A DNA stretch of 64,000 nt from Escherichia coli (lineage in GTDB: Bacteria; Pseudomonadota; Gammaproteobacteria; Enterobacterales; Enterobacteriaceae), in NCBI RefSeq assembly GCF_048403405.1, contig NZ_CP183131.1, one strand, 5' to 3'. The notes beneath the pieces are model-generated. The model was given only the letters and a program-made list of their open reading frames with translations, was not told where the DNA came from and ran no database searches. Of this stretch, positions 17,511-27,517 are shown one piece after another. Both the position numbers and the translations under genes were made by a program. Position 1 is the first letter of the stretch. Every line of letters starts with the position of its first letter.

Positions 17511-19958
17511 TTATGCAGCCTGCTGACGGCTTCGCATCACGGCCTTGATTGCCTCAGGAATGCTCATGCCTTGTTTCACAAACTGGTCGATGGCGTTAAC
17601 GTCCACCGGATCGGTCGAATAAAGCAGCTTCTGGAAGTCGCCCACTATCAAGCGTCCGACGCCCATGCCGCTCTTCGATTTGATAAAGATTTCTGAGTAC
17701 ACGCCCTGGATGGTGTGTACCGTCTTGAGGGTGTGGAACCCGCCCTCTGAAAGGGTCAGACGACCGCTACGTTTAACAGATTCCACGGTTTCTTCGGTTT
17801 GGCCGAGCAAGTACATGCTGGCCGAGTTCTCCGCGATGGCGCGGCCCACTGCGTTCTCATAGAGGTCGTTGATGGACTGCGTTGCAATGACAACGGAGCC
17901 ACCGTACTTACGGAATTTGCGGTAGGCATGTTCCATGAAGACCGAGACCTCGCCCTCTTTGAGCAGGTCCCAGGCCTCATCCACGATGACGACTTTCTTG
18001 CGGTTACGTTCACCCAGGAATACTTCTTGCTGGATCTGGTAAATAAGCTGGAGCAGTACAACCTGACGCAAGTGCTTACGCCCTTGCAGTTCATCGAGCT
18101 CCAGTACAGTGAACTGGTTCTGGAAGCTGACGTTGTTCTTGCGAGAGAAGTATTTCCCGTAGCTACCTTTCGACGTAAAGGCGTAGAGCTGCTGACCAAT
18201 ATCCTTGAGGCGCTGGTCGTTTTCTTCTTCCAGACAGCGCTCAGCGATGTCGTCAACCTTCATCTCTTTACCTTTCTCTTCCCACAGGCGAGAAAGGACC
18301 TGTTTCAGCGCAGAGATTTGCCATTCATCCAGCAAGCCTTTGGCCGACGCCATTGCACAAACGAGGCTGACAATCGCGTCTTCTTCGTCCTCGTAGTTCT
18401 GTATGAGCTCGAACGGGTTGAGGCAGACGTGCGTTCCTTCTTCAAAGTGAACGAAGTCGCCATTGAGCATTTCCGACAGCTTCTGGTAGGACTTACCGGC
18501 ATCAATAACCCAGACCTGAGCACCCTCGGACAAGTAGGAAAAAATCAGTTCGTTGGTAAGGAACGATTTACCCGAGCCGGATTCGGCTGCGATCACCAGG
18601 TTTTTGTTGGTATTACTGTCGTGAAGAGACAGACTCATGAGCTGGCCGTTGCGGGAAATCAGCGCTGCATGATAGGTCCCGGTCCCCTTCCATTCCCCAA
18701 ACACCGGCAGGACCACAGCCGCCTGCTCGGTTGTCATGGTCTTGTAGCGGAATAGGTCTCGCACTGCATCCCGGTCTGTACAGAATGGCAGGCAGTTGAG
18801 GAACATCGGCAGAGCAACGAACTTATCCTCCATCAGCTCGAACCGAGATTCACGCCAGATGTTTCGTGCGGCCATCGCCGCCGCTTCAACACGTTCTTTG
18901 GTTGGAGCAAATAAAACCACCGAGTAGGTGATCTTGACTGGCTTAGCCCCCTCTTTCATGGACTCATAGAGAGTGTCGAAGCTCTCCTTTTTGTCCGCCA
19001 GCACCGGCACGAATTTGAGCATCGGCCCGTAGGCTTGGTTTACAGTGAACTGGCGTTTGCGCTCCAGAGTGTTTTTCGTGCTTTCTGCCTCAGGGAAAAA
19101 CACATTGGTCACAACCATGTAGTTTTCTTTGATGCTGGAGTTGCCGCCGCTGAGATCCCCGGCATAGGTCAACGCATCACCAAAGTAGAAAACGTCAGGC
19201 AGCTTTTTCGCTGACATGACTTTCGCGTGGTAGTCCCCCAGCCTGATGCCGTTCTTGCTGACTTCCACATCAGTGCCGTAATCGAAGATTTGCTCGCAGA
19301 TGGGCTTATCCATCTCCCAATCCACAGAGTCATGTCGCCATGAAGCATCCGGCCCCCAATTCAGGATGGTGCTCATGATCCGGATGTAGTTCACCGCCGT
19401 CATTGTGCGGGGACGCAGACCAACGGTTTGAAGCGATGATTCGACCTTCGTGCGAAGCTGTGCGAGCTGCTGGAGTTCGCTTTCAGTCGGGTTATTGTTC
19501 TTGATGGGGACTTTGCACGTAACGAACAGCTTGAGGTCTTGGATCAAGCCATTGTCGTAGATACCTTTGTTGGTCTTGGCAAATATGCGTTCTGTCGTGT
19601 GGTGCTGGAGGAAGTTAATCCGTTCCTTGATGACAGATGTCAGCAGCTCGTGACGGAAGCCATCACGCAACCCCATCATCCGGTACATCTCCTGATTGAT
19701 GTCCGGGGAGCGGAACAGAACAAACTGGAGCGTAGTCTTCGACGGGAACTCCTGATTCAGGAAACCGTTCATTCGCTCCTGAACTTTTTCATCGGCACCA
19801 CACAGGGGCTCACACATGAAACCAAAGCCTGCACTGTGGTCATCCATAAGGAAGACATGATCGTCTTCGTCATAGGCCAGGACAGGAATAATCCCGGCAG
19901 CTCGCAAGTGCTCCGGGATCAACGTTTCTTCGAGTTTCTTTTTGATGGTTACGATCAT
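17511..19958 (-). CDS. traC: TraC/VirB4-family T4SS ATPase
   Basis: 815 aa, Walker A AAESGSGKSF, Walker B-like VVIVDEAWD. Confidence 0.9.
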   Translation of the reverse strand: MIVTIKKKLEETLIPEHLRAAGIIPVLAYDEDDHVFLMDDHSAGFGFMCEPLCGADEKVQERMNGFLNQEFPSKTTLQFVLFRSPDINQEMYRMMGLRDGFRHELLTSVIKERINFLQHHTTERIFAKTNKGIYDNGLIQDLKLFVTCKVPIKNNNPTESELQQLAQLRTKVESSLQTVGLRPRTMTAVNYIRIMSTILNWGPDASWRHDSVDWEMDKPICEQIFDYGTDVEVSKNGIRLGDYHAKVMSAKKLPDVFYFGDALTYAGDLSGGNSSIKENYMVVTNVFFPEAESTKNTLERKRQFTVNQAYGPMLKFVPVLADKKESFDTLYESMKEGAKPVKITYSVVLFAPTKERVEAAAMAARNIWRESRFELMEDKFVALPMFLNCLPFCTDRDAVRDLFRYKTMTTEQAAVVLPVFGEWKGTGTYHAALISRNGQLMSLSLHDSNTNKNLVIAAESGSGKSFLTNELIFSYLSEGAQVWVIDAGKSYQKLSEMLNGDFVHFEEGTHVCLNPFELIQNYEDEEDAIVSLVCAMASAKGLLDEWQISALKQVLSRLWEEKGKEMKVDDIAERCLEEENDQRLKDIGQQLYAFTSKGSYGKYFSRKNNVSFQNQFTVLELDELQGRKHLRQVVLLQLIYQIQQEVFLGERNRKKVVIVDEAWDLLKEGEVSVFMEHAYRKFRKYGGSVVIATQSINDLYENAVGRAIAENSASMYLLGQTEETVESVKRSGRLTLSEGGFHTLKTVHTIQGVYSEIFIKSKSGMGVGRLIVGDFQKLLYSTDPVDVNAIDQFVKQGMSIPEAIKAVMRSRQQAA

Positions 19959-20662
19959 TCAACACTCTCCAACCATGATTTCAGGTTCTTCGGACGTCCT
20001 TTGCTGACACGACCATCCGGAGCAACCACGAACGGAACGCCCTCAATCCCAATGAAATGAGCTGTCAGCAGCGTTTGATCGTATTGGCCGGGGTCGCAGG
20101 TTTCTTTTGAAGGAAGGGAACCCAAGGTGTTGTTCATCAGCGCATCGAGCGCGTGGGTTTTGTCTTTCGCGCAGTACAAGTTCTTTGCCAAGCGGTTGGA
20201 CTCAGCACCCAGAGCAGGAATCACGATAAATTTAAAGGTGTAATCATCCACCAGCGATTTGGCATCACCCATGAGCTGATGGCAAACCGCGCATCTAGGA
20301 TCGACAAAGACCACCACCTCTTTGTCACCACGCCCCATCGAAACGGTGTTCAGCGTGTCCACATCCATGCCCATGCTCTTGAAGTGGATACGCTCCGCTA
20401 CATCCCTCATTTGGGACATCGTGTTGAGGGGCTTCTTGCTCCACAGGTCGTAGATTTGTCCTGAAATAACAAATCGCCCGTTTTCAGAGAGGAACATGAT
20501 CTGCCCATCACTTTGGACGGCTCGAACCCCTTTGATGGGTAGCTCTACGATGTCCTCTATCTTCGCCGCTCTGGGATCGGTGATTTCCAATTTCGATGAC
20601 GCATGAGCCGTGCCGGTAATAATCCCGAACACCATCAGCGCCCCGAGTAATTTTGTCCGCAT
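19955..20662 (-). CDS. dsbC: DsbC-like thiol:disulfide interchange protein
   Basis: Signal peptide; thioredoxin CxxC (DPRCAVCHQL); stop overlaps traC start. Confidence 0.8.
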   Translation of the reverse strand: MRTKLLGALMVFGIITGTAHASSKLEITDPRAAKIEDIVELPIKGVRAVQSDGQIMFLSENGRFVISGQIYDLWSKKPLNTMSQMRDVAERIHFKSMGMDVDTLNTVSMGRGDKEVVVFVDPRCAVCHQLMGDAKSLVDDYTFKFIVIPALGAESNRLAKNLYCAKDKTHALDALMNNTLGSLPSKETCDPGQYDQTLLTAHFIGIEGVPFVVAPDGRVSKGRPKNLKSWLESVE

Positions 20663-20738
20663 GTCTATCCCCTAAGATTGGATTACTGGATGCTGGGCAG
20701 TGTATCCGGGGGAGGGAAATAGACTCGCCTCTGTAATA

Positions 20739-20754
20739 GCCCAATTTGGACAAT
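20739..20754. promoter_or_regulatory. GCCCAWTTTGGRCA-type box ~77 bp upstream of dsbC start
   Basis: GCCCAATTTGGACAA preceded by CTGT. Confidence 0.45.
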
Positions 20755-20766
20755 TCCAGCGCGATA

Positions 20767-20796
20767 CAAAAAAAAGCCCGGTCTGAACCGGGCTTT
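20767..20796 (-). terminator. rho-independent terminator after the giant gene
   Basis: AAAGCCCGG...CCGGGCTTTTTTTT on minus strand. Confidence 0.7.
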
Positions 20797-20810
20797 GAGA
20801 GGAATGAACC

Positions 20811-23800
20811 TTAGTTCATGGTAACAGCTTCGGATTTGCCACCAGAGTCATCGACCCCAACCAGAGAGATGGTCGGCATCGTTTCATAGGTGCCCTTGCT
20901 GATAGTCACTCGATCAGAGCTGATGCTCTGCAACTCACCGGCAATGGTCCATTCGTAGGACTTCATGCGGCCATCGGTATCTTCGCAGTTCGCATAAACG
21001 ATCCACGACCCAACGGTCTCTCGTGAGCTCAGGCTACATGCAGGCAACTTGTTCTCTGCCACATTGATGTTCACCTCGCCCTCAGCTTCATGCCCCATTT
21101 CTGAGGTTATTTTCAGCTTGATGCTGTGCTCACCAGCGCCCAGAGTTGCTCTGCCGTAGTAACCGCTGCTTTCCAACGGCGTACCATCTACCGAGTAGAC
21201 GCGAGTCGAAATACGGTCGCGTGGGTGGCCGCCAGAAATGTACGGTCGCAACAGCACATCCAGAGGCTCACGCTCGTATTTGTTCGAGCCAGAGTATTGC
21301 AGGTCGATAGCATAGGGCTCTGCCTGGCCGATCTTGAGCGGTTGCTCGATCACGGTTTCATGGCCGCGAGCATCACGGACAGTCACCTTGATGTTGTAAT
21401 CGCCCGGCTCATTGATCACAAAGGACCGGACAATATCCTGCCGCTGATCCTGAATCACTGCGTCTTCCGGCAACTCCCACTCGTAGGTCGGTTCTTCCAG
21501 CTTGCCGTTGAAGGCAATTGGCCGCACTGACGCGGTGATCGTCGCAGGAGCCACGTCAGCGTTCTTCCTGACCTGCATTCCGAAGCTCGGCCATACATAC
21601 TGCCACACGCGGGAGCGTAGGCTATGCGAGGCTTCTGCACCCTGATCTCGGTATCCTTCGATCCAGGTGGTGTACTTCGTTTCTACAGTAGCCTGGTTGA
21701 GGTCAGTGTCCGAAGGCACGTACTCAGCAGTATCACCCTGCACAATTGAGCCATCAGGCAGCGTGAAGAACCCGTTCAGCTTCACGTCCATCCCACGGTA
21801 AGGCAGGCTGGTTTCGGCTTTGAACACATACTTCTTACCGGTCTCAATGACTCGCGGCCCTGTCACGTAAGGACGGGGGGCCTTCACTGCTCGGAAGTCA
21901 ACTGCCGTTTTCGCAACTTCATAGGCATAGCCGTCATCAGCCGGTGCAGTGGCAGAGCGCACACGAGCCCACAGGCGGTATCGGGTTTCTTCATCGCTCG
22001 AAAGCGTGATGCTATCCCCTGTCTGCGCGTAGGTTTTGCCACCGTCAGTAGACCACTCAACAATGGCATTGCCACCGGAGATTGGCTCATCGTTCAACGT
22101 CAGGTTCGCTGTGTACTTGCCTTCACTTCCGACAAACAACGTGGTCGGGCCGATAACAGCAATATCAGGTTTGTCGTAAGCGACAACACTGACCGCTTCG
22201 GTGTACTTTTCCGCACCTGAGTTGACGTTCACCACCTTGGCCCGAACCTGGTACTCCCCCTTGTCGAAGGTCTTCACAAGCTGATACTTGTATCGATCTT
22301 CTGGGATGAACTGCTCCCAGGTTTTACCGTCGTCCTTACTGGTTTCCCACACAACCTGGCCGGTAGCCCGGAGATCCTGACGGTCGTCCAAAGATAGCTT
22401 GAACACAGCAGTGAACGGAGCTTCACCAGACAACTTGCGAGCCTCCACGCCAGCACCGATGGCACCACCACGAAGCACTGTCAAGAAGGCAGGTCTGATA
22501 GACAACTCTGTGCGGTTGTAACCCTCAACAGGGCTTTCCAGAACAGCCTCAGCAGCGATACGGACGGAGGAAGTATCCACACCAGACAGGTCTACTGAGA
22601 ACTGAGCTTCACCGTTCGATGCTTCCGCATAATCAGTGAGCGCAACCGTCTCGTTGTAGGCCTTTTGCTGGATCAGGCGTACTTTCCACACCCCCATCGT
22701 GTTAGCGTCATAGTCACCATCAGGTTTGTACTGATCACGGATGAGAACCCTAACCGGCAATGCCTGGGTGTCAATCGCGGTATCACCTTTAACTTCAACG
22801 ATAGGACGGATACTGTCAGAAGGTGCAGAGATAGCCCGGTAGACAACCTCAGTCTTCACATCAGGCACCTTGTTGTAGGCCGCGTTCACCTTGTAGGTGG
22901 TCTCCTCCCACAACGCTCGCTCATCGGTATTGATGCGGCGATACACCTTATTGGTGGCACCCCATCCCGGAGTGAAGGTCTCAGACTCAAGAACATCAGA
23001 GTTGCGCGATATGGCAATATCCAGATCAGCTCGTTCAGAGTTGATAATGGCATCACCCAGGTAGTTACCTGTCATCGGCACCAAGTAGATGTTGTCTTTG
23101 AAGTTGTAGTCGGAGGCTAGTTCAACGGTCGGAGCTGGTGGGTCAACCGCTTCGACATTGAAAGTCTCGTCGTTCAACGTCACCCGAGTGCCGTTACGGG
23201 TGAAAATACTTACCCGCCACCCCAGAGGGTGATCACCGTTCTCGGCCAGGGAACCTGACAACGAAGGAGATTCCGATAACGGGTCTTGGACCAGTCCATC
23301 GGGGATCTGCTGCCACTCGAACAGACAGGTGCGGCTTGCACTGCCAACAGCTTTGTTCGCGGCCTCGTTTTTCGCACGGTCAGCACTGAGAGTGATTGAA
23401 CAATCAGGACCTTTGCTCTGCTTGAAGTTCACATCAAAGTCTTCAATGACGCGATTCACCTGAGCAATGTCATCAATCGGGGTGTAACCAACAGAGCCAT
23501 AGGCAGTAGTTACCGTCAGGTTCTGAGAGCCAGACCCAACTTTTACCTTGGAACCGTCACCACTGAACAGGTACAGGCTGTATTCGACAGGTTGTTCACC
23601 AATGCTCACAGCCTGCCCCACCAGCCCGGCAACTTTCATCCCGTTGTTGTCCTGCGTAGTTTGTTCAGCCTCATCCGGAGTTCTGTCCCATTGGAGCAAA
23701 CACACCGGGTCACGAATTGGGTCTGCGGCCATAGCCACATCCTCTTTCGTGGTGAACCGGCAAGGCACACCCGACTCTGGCAGGGCATAGATTTTCACCG

Positions 23801-26342
23801 GGTCAATAACCTGGCGAATTGTCCATGATTCAGCCGAGAGCTTGGCCGTCCCTTTCCAGGTATTGATGTCCACAACCAAGATGGGTGAGTTCGGCGCGGA
23901 GGTCATGACAAGAAGACTGGAAGAGCCGACCACATCAGGAACAGCCGGTTTAACCGGAATGCTCAAACGACCACCTGACGCACCGAAATCATGTTGGCTC
24001 ATGATCCCCATTGTCTGGCCCGGCTCGATACGCACCCCATTCACCACCAGCGGCACTTTCGCATCAGAACGGAGGGTCGCAAACACGTCGTATGAACCTG
24101 TCACGACAGCACCATCACTGAGCGTCAGCGGCTTGGTCTCGATGATCCGCTTGCCATCTGCATGAACAAATTCATGAGTGACAGCGGGGACCATAACCTT
24201 GCCATCCATCCCATCCGCCAGCATCACCTGACGCGGTTTGTACTCGAAGCCAACCGCCTTTTGAACCGCGTTGCCTTGTGCGTCCTCACCGGAAACAGTC
24301 AGCGTGTAAGATTCCCCTTCCTTCAAAGACGGGAACATTACCGGGTACTCAAGGCGGAATCGACCTTTCGACTCCTCACGCCAAGACAACTGCACCTTGT
24401 CATCGGCTGGGCCTCCGACGAGGGCAATAGAGGTCAGCTTAGGACTCGGGTCGGCAGTATCAGTCAAGGTGATTACAACATCATCCAAAGACTGGATTGG
24501 TGCTCCATCACTGATCGATACGGTTAGTGTCGGCGCTGAATTATCTATGCTCATAGCATATTGGGAGCCAGTGAATACCTGCTTAACCTCATTACCGAAA
24601 GCATCTTTAGCTACGAGAGATATGCCGGTATATGTGCCCTCTGACAGATTCTCAGCAGAAAATGTGAAAAACCAATCATTTGTGCTACTACGAAGAACTT
24701 CAGTACGAGACAACGGACGTTCTTCGCCAGTCGAGGTTATCGCAGACGCACTTGAGTTGTTAGAAATAACCCACTGGTTAACACCCCAACCGTCAAATGA
24801 ATCAGGCTCACGGAAATGAGCTTTAAAAATCCGCCCATTTCGTTCTAACCCAGCAATTTCAGGAGGGTTAAGGTCATAGCAGAACGTTGCCCCAATCCGA
24901 TCAGACGGAAGTTCAGGCTTCCCTTCCGGTCGAGACCAATATCCAGGCCATGAACATGAGCGCCCACTGAACGATATATCCGTATCCACTTCTGCATAAG
25001 AAGCATTTGCCGGAATTTTAGTAGTAGGCAACCAAGATCCCCATAACTCCTGAGCGTAAGGTCTCGGCTCAACATGAAATCTCAGTTTTTTATAATGGTT
25101 AACTGAGCTCATATTAATGGTTTCACCGCGGACCCACTGACCATCATCCCTAAGATATTCAACATACTTACCGATGGGAGCCAAGCTAACCGATGGATCA
25201 GCTTTCACACTGACGGATGTATTACCAAGAGAGTTCATAACCCAGTCGTAAATAATAAACGACTTAGTTTTTGTCCCATGTTGCTGGAATACATCAGCTT
25301 GCGTCTGCCGATAATCATATGTACCGTCTTCGGCAATGATATTGCCTTCAATACAGTTTTTATAATCACACCAGTTACCGCTTTGAGCACCGTAAGGTGA
25401 AGAAGGATAGGAGTTTGTTTTGGGTATCCGGTAGAGCACCCTGTAGGTATCGGAATAAATGGTCATTCCGTTCTGATAAGGCGCAAAACCTGATAGGGCC
25501 TGACCATTAACCTTAAAAGTTGAGGCCTGCGGGTTCTTAGGGTCATACACTGCTACTGGCTCAGGATTCTCTCCAGACTTTGCACCTACTGAATCCCAAG
25601 CAATAGGATAGGCTATTGACCCTTTGTTCCCTGCTTTATCCAGGGCCTCGAAATGAAGCGTATATAGATCCTCCCCATTAGGGAACACAGTGCTCCAGTT
25701 CAACAACTGGCCTTGGCCGTTGGCGTAATTAACCGAGACAACAGGACTCCTCTTGCCTTTGCTATCTACAGCATACGCCTGTATAGAGGAAACCGAAGAA
25801 CCGGCATCAGATGCAGACACATCTATACCTGAAAATCGGTTAGGACCTCGCAGTAGCGTTCCATCAGAAAGCGCCCGGTTCCATTCCCCTTTTACTGTCA
25901 CGTTTGCCAAACTTGGCGCTGTCGTATCGACTTGAAGCGGGTATTCATCAGTCTGAACGGAACTTCCGTCTGACGCCAGTATTTCGGCCCTTAGTTTGTA
26001 GACTCCCTCGGAAGGAGCCGGTAGTTGAAGTTCCGCACCATAGTAGGATTTTCCACCCACTGTGATGCGATCAGTAGCCCCAAGAAGGTGGCTGGTCGCT
26101 GTCGAAACCACTGTTCCATCCGACCGAATCACCGAAATCTTTACCTTTCGGTCGATACCGGCACTCAAGGCAAACGAGATATTGCCCGTTGGGTTGGCAT
26201 AGTTGGCATTCGGAGTCAGAGACCGTTGCGTACCATCTGGAGCCTTAAAGGTGTATTCCAGCAGCTCTGCATGAGCAGCACCAGCGGTAAGAACCGCCAG
26301 AGCCCCAAGCATCGCCGGAATTTTAGGCTTGAAATTGATCAT
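20811..26342 (-). CDS. giant secreted protein (~1,840 aa), probably built of repeated beta-rich / Ig-like modules; putative surface adhesin
   Basis: Single uninterrupted ORF; start set at ATG with GGAGA RBS giving signal peptide MINFKPKIPAMLGALAVLTAGAAHA; T/S/G/V/D-rich repetitive composition; own terminators on both sides. Confidence 0.7.
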   Translation of the reverse strand: MINFKPKIPAMLGALAVLTAGAAHAELLEYTFKAPDGTQRSLTPNANYANPTGNISFALSAGIDRKVKISVIRSDGTVVSTATSHLLGATDRITVGGKSYYGAELQLPAPSEGVYKLRAEILASDGSSVQTDEYPLQVDTTAPSLANVTVKGEWNRALSDGTLLRGPNRFSGIDVSASDAGSSVSSIQAYAVDSKGKRSPVVSVNYANGQGQLLNWSTVFPNGEDLYTLHFEALDKAGNKGSIAYPIAWDSVGAKSGENPEPVAVYDPKNPQASTFKVNGQALSGFAPYQNGMTIYSDTYRVLYRIPKTNSYPSSPYGAQSGNWCDYKNCIEGNIIAEDGTYDYRQTQADVFQQHGTKTKSFIIYDWVMNSLGNTSVSVKADPSVSLAPIGKYVEYLRDDGQWVRGETINMSSVNHYKKLRFHVEPRPYAQELWGSWLPTTKIPANASYAEVDTDISFSGRSCSWPGYWSRPEGKPELPSDRIGATFCYDLNPPEIAGLERNGRIFKAHFREPDSFDGWGVNQWVISNNSSASAITSTGEERPLSRTEVLRSSTNDWFFTFSAENLSEGTYTGISLVAKDAFGNEVKQVFTGSQYAMSIDNSAPTLTVSISDGAPIQSLDDVVITLTDTADPSPKLTSIALVGGPADDKVQLSWREESKGRFRLEYPVMFPSLKEGESYTLTVSGEDAQGNAVQKAVGFEYKPRQVMLADGMDGKVMVPAVTHEFVHADGKRIIETKPLTLSDGAVVTGSYDVFATLRSDAKVPLVVNGVRIEPGQTMGIMSQHDFGASGGRLSIPVKPAVPDVVGSSSLLVMTSAPNSPILVVDINTWKGTAKLSAESWTIRQVIDPVKIYALPESGVPCRFTTKEDVAMAADPIRDPVCLLQWDRTPDEAEQTTQDNNGMKVAGLVGQAVSIGEQPVEYSLYLFSGDGSKVKVGSGSQNLTVTTAYGSVGYTPIDDIAQVNRVIEDFDVNFKQSKGPDCSITLSADRAKNEAANKAVGSASRTCLFEWQQIPDGLVQDPLSESPSLSGSLAENGDHPLGWRVSIFTRNGTRVTLNDETFNVEAVDPPAPTVELASDYNFKDNIYLVPMTGNYLGDAIINSERADLDIAISRNSDVLESETFTPGWGATNKVYRRINTDERALWEETTYKVNAAYNKVPDVKTEVVYRAISAPSDSIRPIVEVKGDTAIDTQALPVRVLIRDQYKPDGDYDANTMGVWKVRLIQQKAYNETVALTDYAEASNGEAQFSVDLSGVDTSSVRIAAEAVLESPVEGYNRTELSIRPAFLTVLRGGAIGAGVEARKLSGEAPFTAVFKLSLDDRQDLRATGQVVWETSKDDGKTWEQFIPEDRYKYQLVKTFDKGEYQVRAKVVNVNSGAEKYTEAVSVVAYDKPDIAVIGPTTLFVGSEGKYTANLTLNDEPISGGNAIVEWSTDGGKTYAQTGDSITLSSDEETRYRLWARVRSATAPADDGYAYEVAKTAVDFRAVKAPRPYVTGPRVIETGKKYVFKAETSLPYRGMDVKLNGFFTLPDGSIVQGDTAEYVPSDTDLNQATVETKYTTWIEGYRDQGAEASHSLRSRVWQYVWPSFGMQVRKNADVAPATITASVRPIAFNGKLEEPTYEWELPEDAVIQDQRQDIVRSFVINEPGDYNIKVTVRDARGHETVIEQPLKIGQAEPYAIDLQYSGSNKYEREPLDVLLRPYISGGHPRDRISTRVYSVDGTPLESSGYYGRATLGAGEHSIKLKITSEMGHEAEGEVNINVAENKLPACSLSSRETVGSWIVYANCEDTDGRMKSYEWTIAGELQSISSDRVTISKGTYETMPTISLVGVDDSGGKSEAVTMN

Positions 26343-26481
26343 CGCATTCTCCATTCGTTTTGAGTTACAAGAACCCAATGCTGGAGGTTACGGGAGGGAG
26401 TGCATAAACATGGGCTGTGGAAGTGCCCTTTTTGAGCAAATAAGGAAATAGTTGGAATTTGTTATGACTGGACTTTTTGCC

Positions 26482-26510
26482 AAAAAATAAGGGCAGCTTT
26501 TAGGCTGCCC
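26482..26510 (-). terminator. rho-independent terminator after traA
   Basis: GGGCAGCC...GGCTGCCC hairpin + T-run on minus strand. Confidence 0.7.
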
Positions 26511-26542
26511 CTATCACCCGTTGATTAACGGCAAGGTGTCTT

Positions 26543-26926
26543 TTACACCCCCAGGCCATTGCTGAGTTGCACAACAGCCGGGATGACCTTCTCTGCATGT
26601 TCCAGAGTAGCAGACATGATGGATTCCACTACGGTCGGGGAGTTGTACAGGCCCATACCGCCACCGATACCCATAGCGAAAGCCATGAGGCTCTGGCGAG
26701 CGATACCACCAACAACACCGACCAGGATCATCGCACCCGCAACGATTCGACCCAAAGTACCTTGGGTCCAATCCTTGAGAGTTACCCATACGTCGTCAAA
26801 CGCTGTACCACCAGTACCAGCGTGGGCCTGATCCGGCACGAGCAGGAAGGCTACCACCATCAACCCCAGGAAGAGGAAGAGTGCGTTGTTTTTACTTGAG
26901 GCATTCGCCAACTGATTTGCGTTCAT
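26543..26926 (-). CDS. traA: TraA-like pilin precursor
   Basis: Small, very hydrophobic, glycine-rich; last gene of traLEKBVA block; start set at ATG with AGGAG 9 nt upstream. Confidence 0.7.
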   Translation of the reverse strand: MNANQLANASSKNNALFLFLGLMVVAFLLVPDQAHAGTGGTAFDDVWVTLKDWTQGTLGRIVAGAMILVGVVGGIARQSLMAFAMGIGGGMGLYNSPTVVESIMSATLEHAEKVIPAVVQLSNGLGV

Positions 26927-26938
26927 CAAGAACATCTC

Positions 26939-27517
26939 CTATTTGGTTGTTTCAGACTTCGGTTCGTGTTGTACCGTTTGCAGCGGTCTCAAAACTGGCT
27001 CACTTTGCGGTGTGCCATCCCCAATCACCCACCTGCGCGGTTCGATTTCGGTATAGACATACCCTGTCACGATGAGATCACCATTGGTGTCCTCCCAGGG
27101 AGCTACCCAAATCCGCATAACCTGTGCTGGTGTACGAATTGGAATCGGGCGATCCGGAAGACGCGGTGCGACATAGTTGTCAATCACCGGGTCTCCGGAG
27201 CTAGATGAGTTCGCTGAAACGTTTGAGGAACCTTCGCCATCCGCTTCCGCTTTGGCCTCGACTTCCTCTGGTTTCATTGGGCGCGGGACATTTCCGTCAT
27301 TGGTTGCGGCGTAAACGTCTCGCGCTGACATACACTGAACACCATTCGGCATTCCCGGACAGCTATACTCATCCTTGCCGATGTTGAACGTCGAACAGCC
27401 CGACAAAATAAGTAGCGCTGCACCCACCCCCAACATCTTTGCGGATCTTACTGCCTGTTCCTTTTGAGCCTCGCCTCTGGAACTGCCCTTTCTGGTCAAA
27501 ATGTTCAAATTTTTCAT
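26939..27517 (-). CDS. traV: TraV-like T4SS lipoprotein
   Basis: Lipobox LILSGCS; conserved cysteines; true start may be an internal ATG. Confidence 0.7.
   Translation of the reverse strand: MKNLNILTRKGSSRGEAQKEQAVRSAKMLGVGAALLILSGCSTFNIGKDEYSCPGMPNGVQCMSARDVYAATNDGNVPRPMKPEEVEAKAEADGEGSSNVSANSSSSGDPVIDNYVAPRLPDRPIPIRTPAQVMRIWVAPWEDTNGDLIVTGYVYTEIEPRRWVIGDGTPQSEPVLRPLQTVQHEPKSETTK

Noticed and set aside
15400-18755. Long plus-strand ORFs 15400..16314 and 17799..18755
   Set aside because: Antisense to traW and traC, whose products carry clear signal peptide and Walker motifs.
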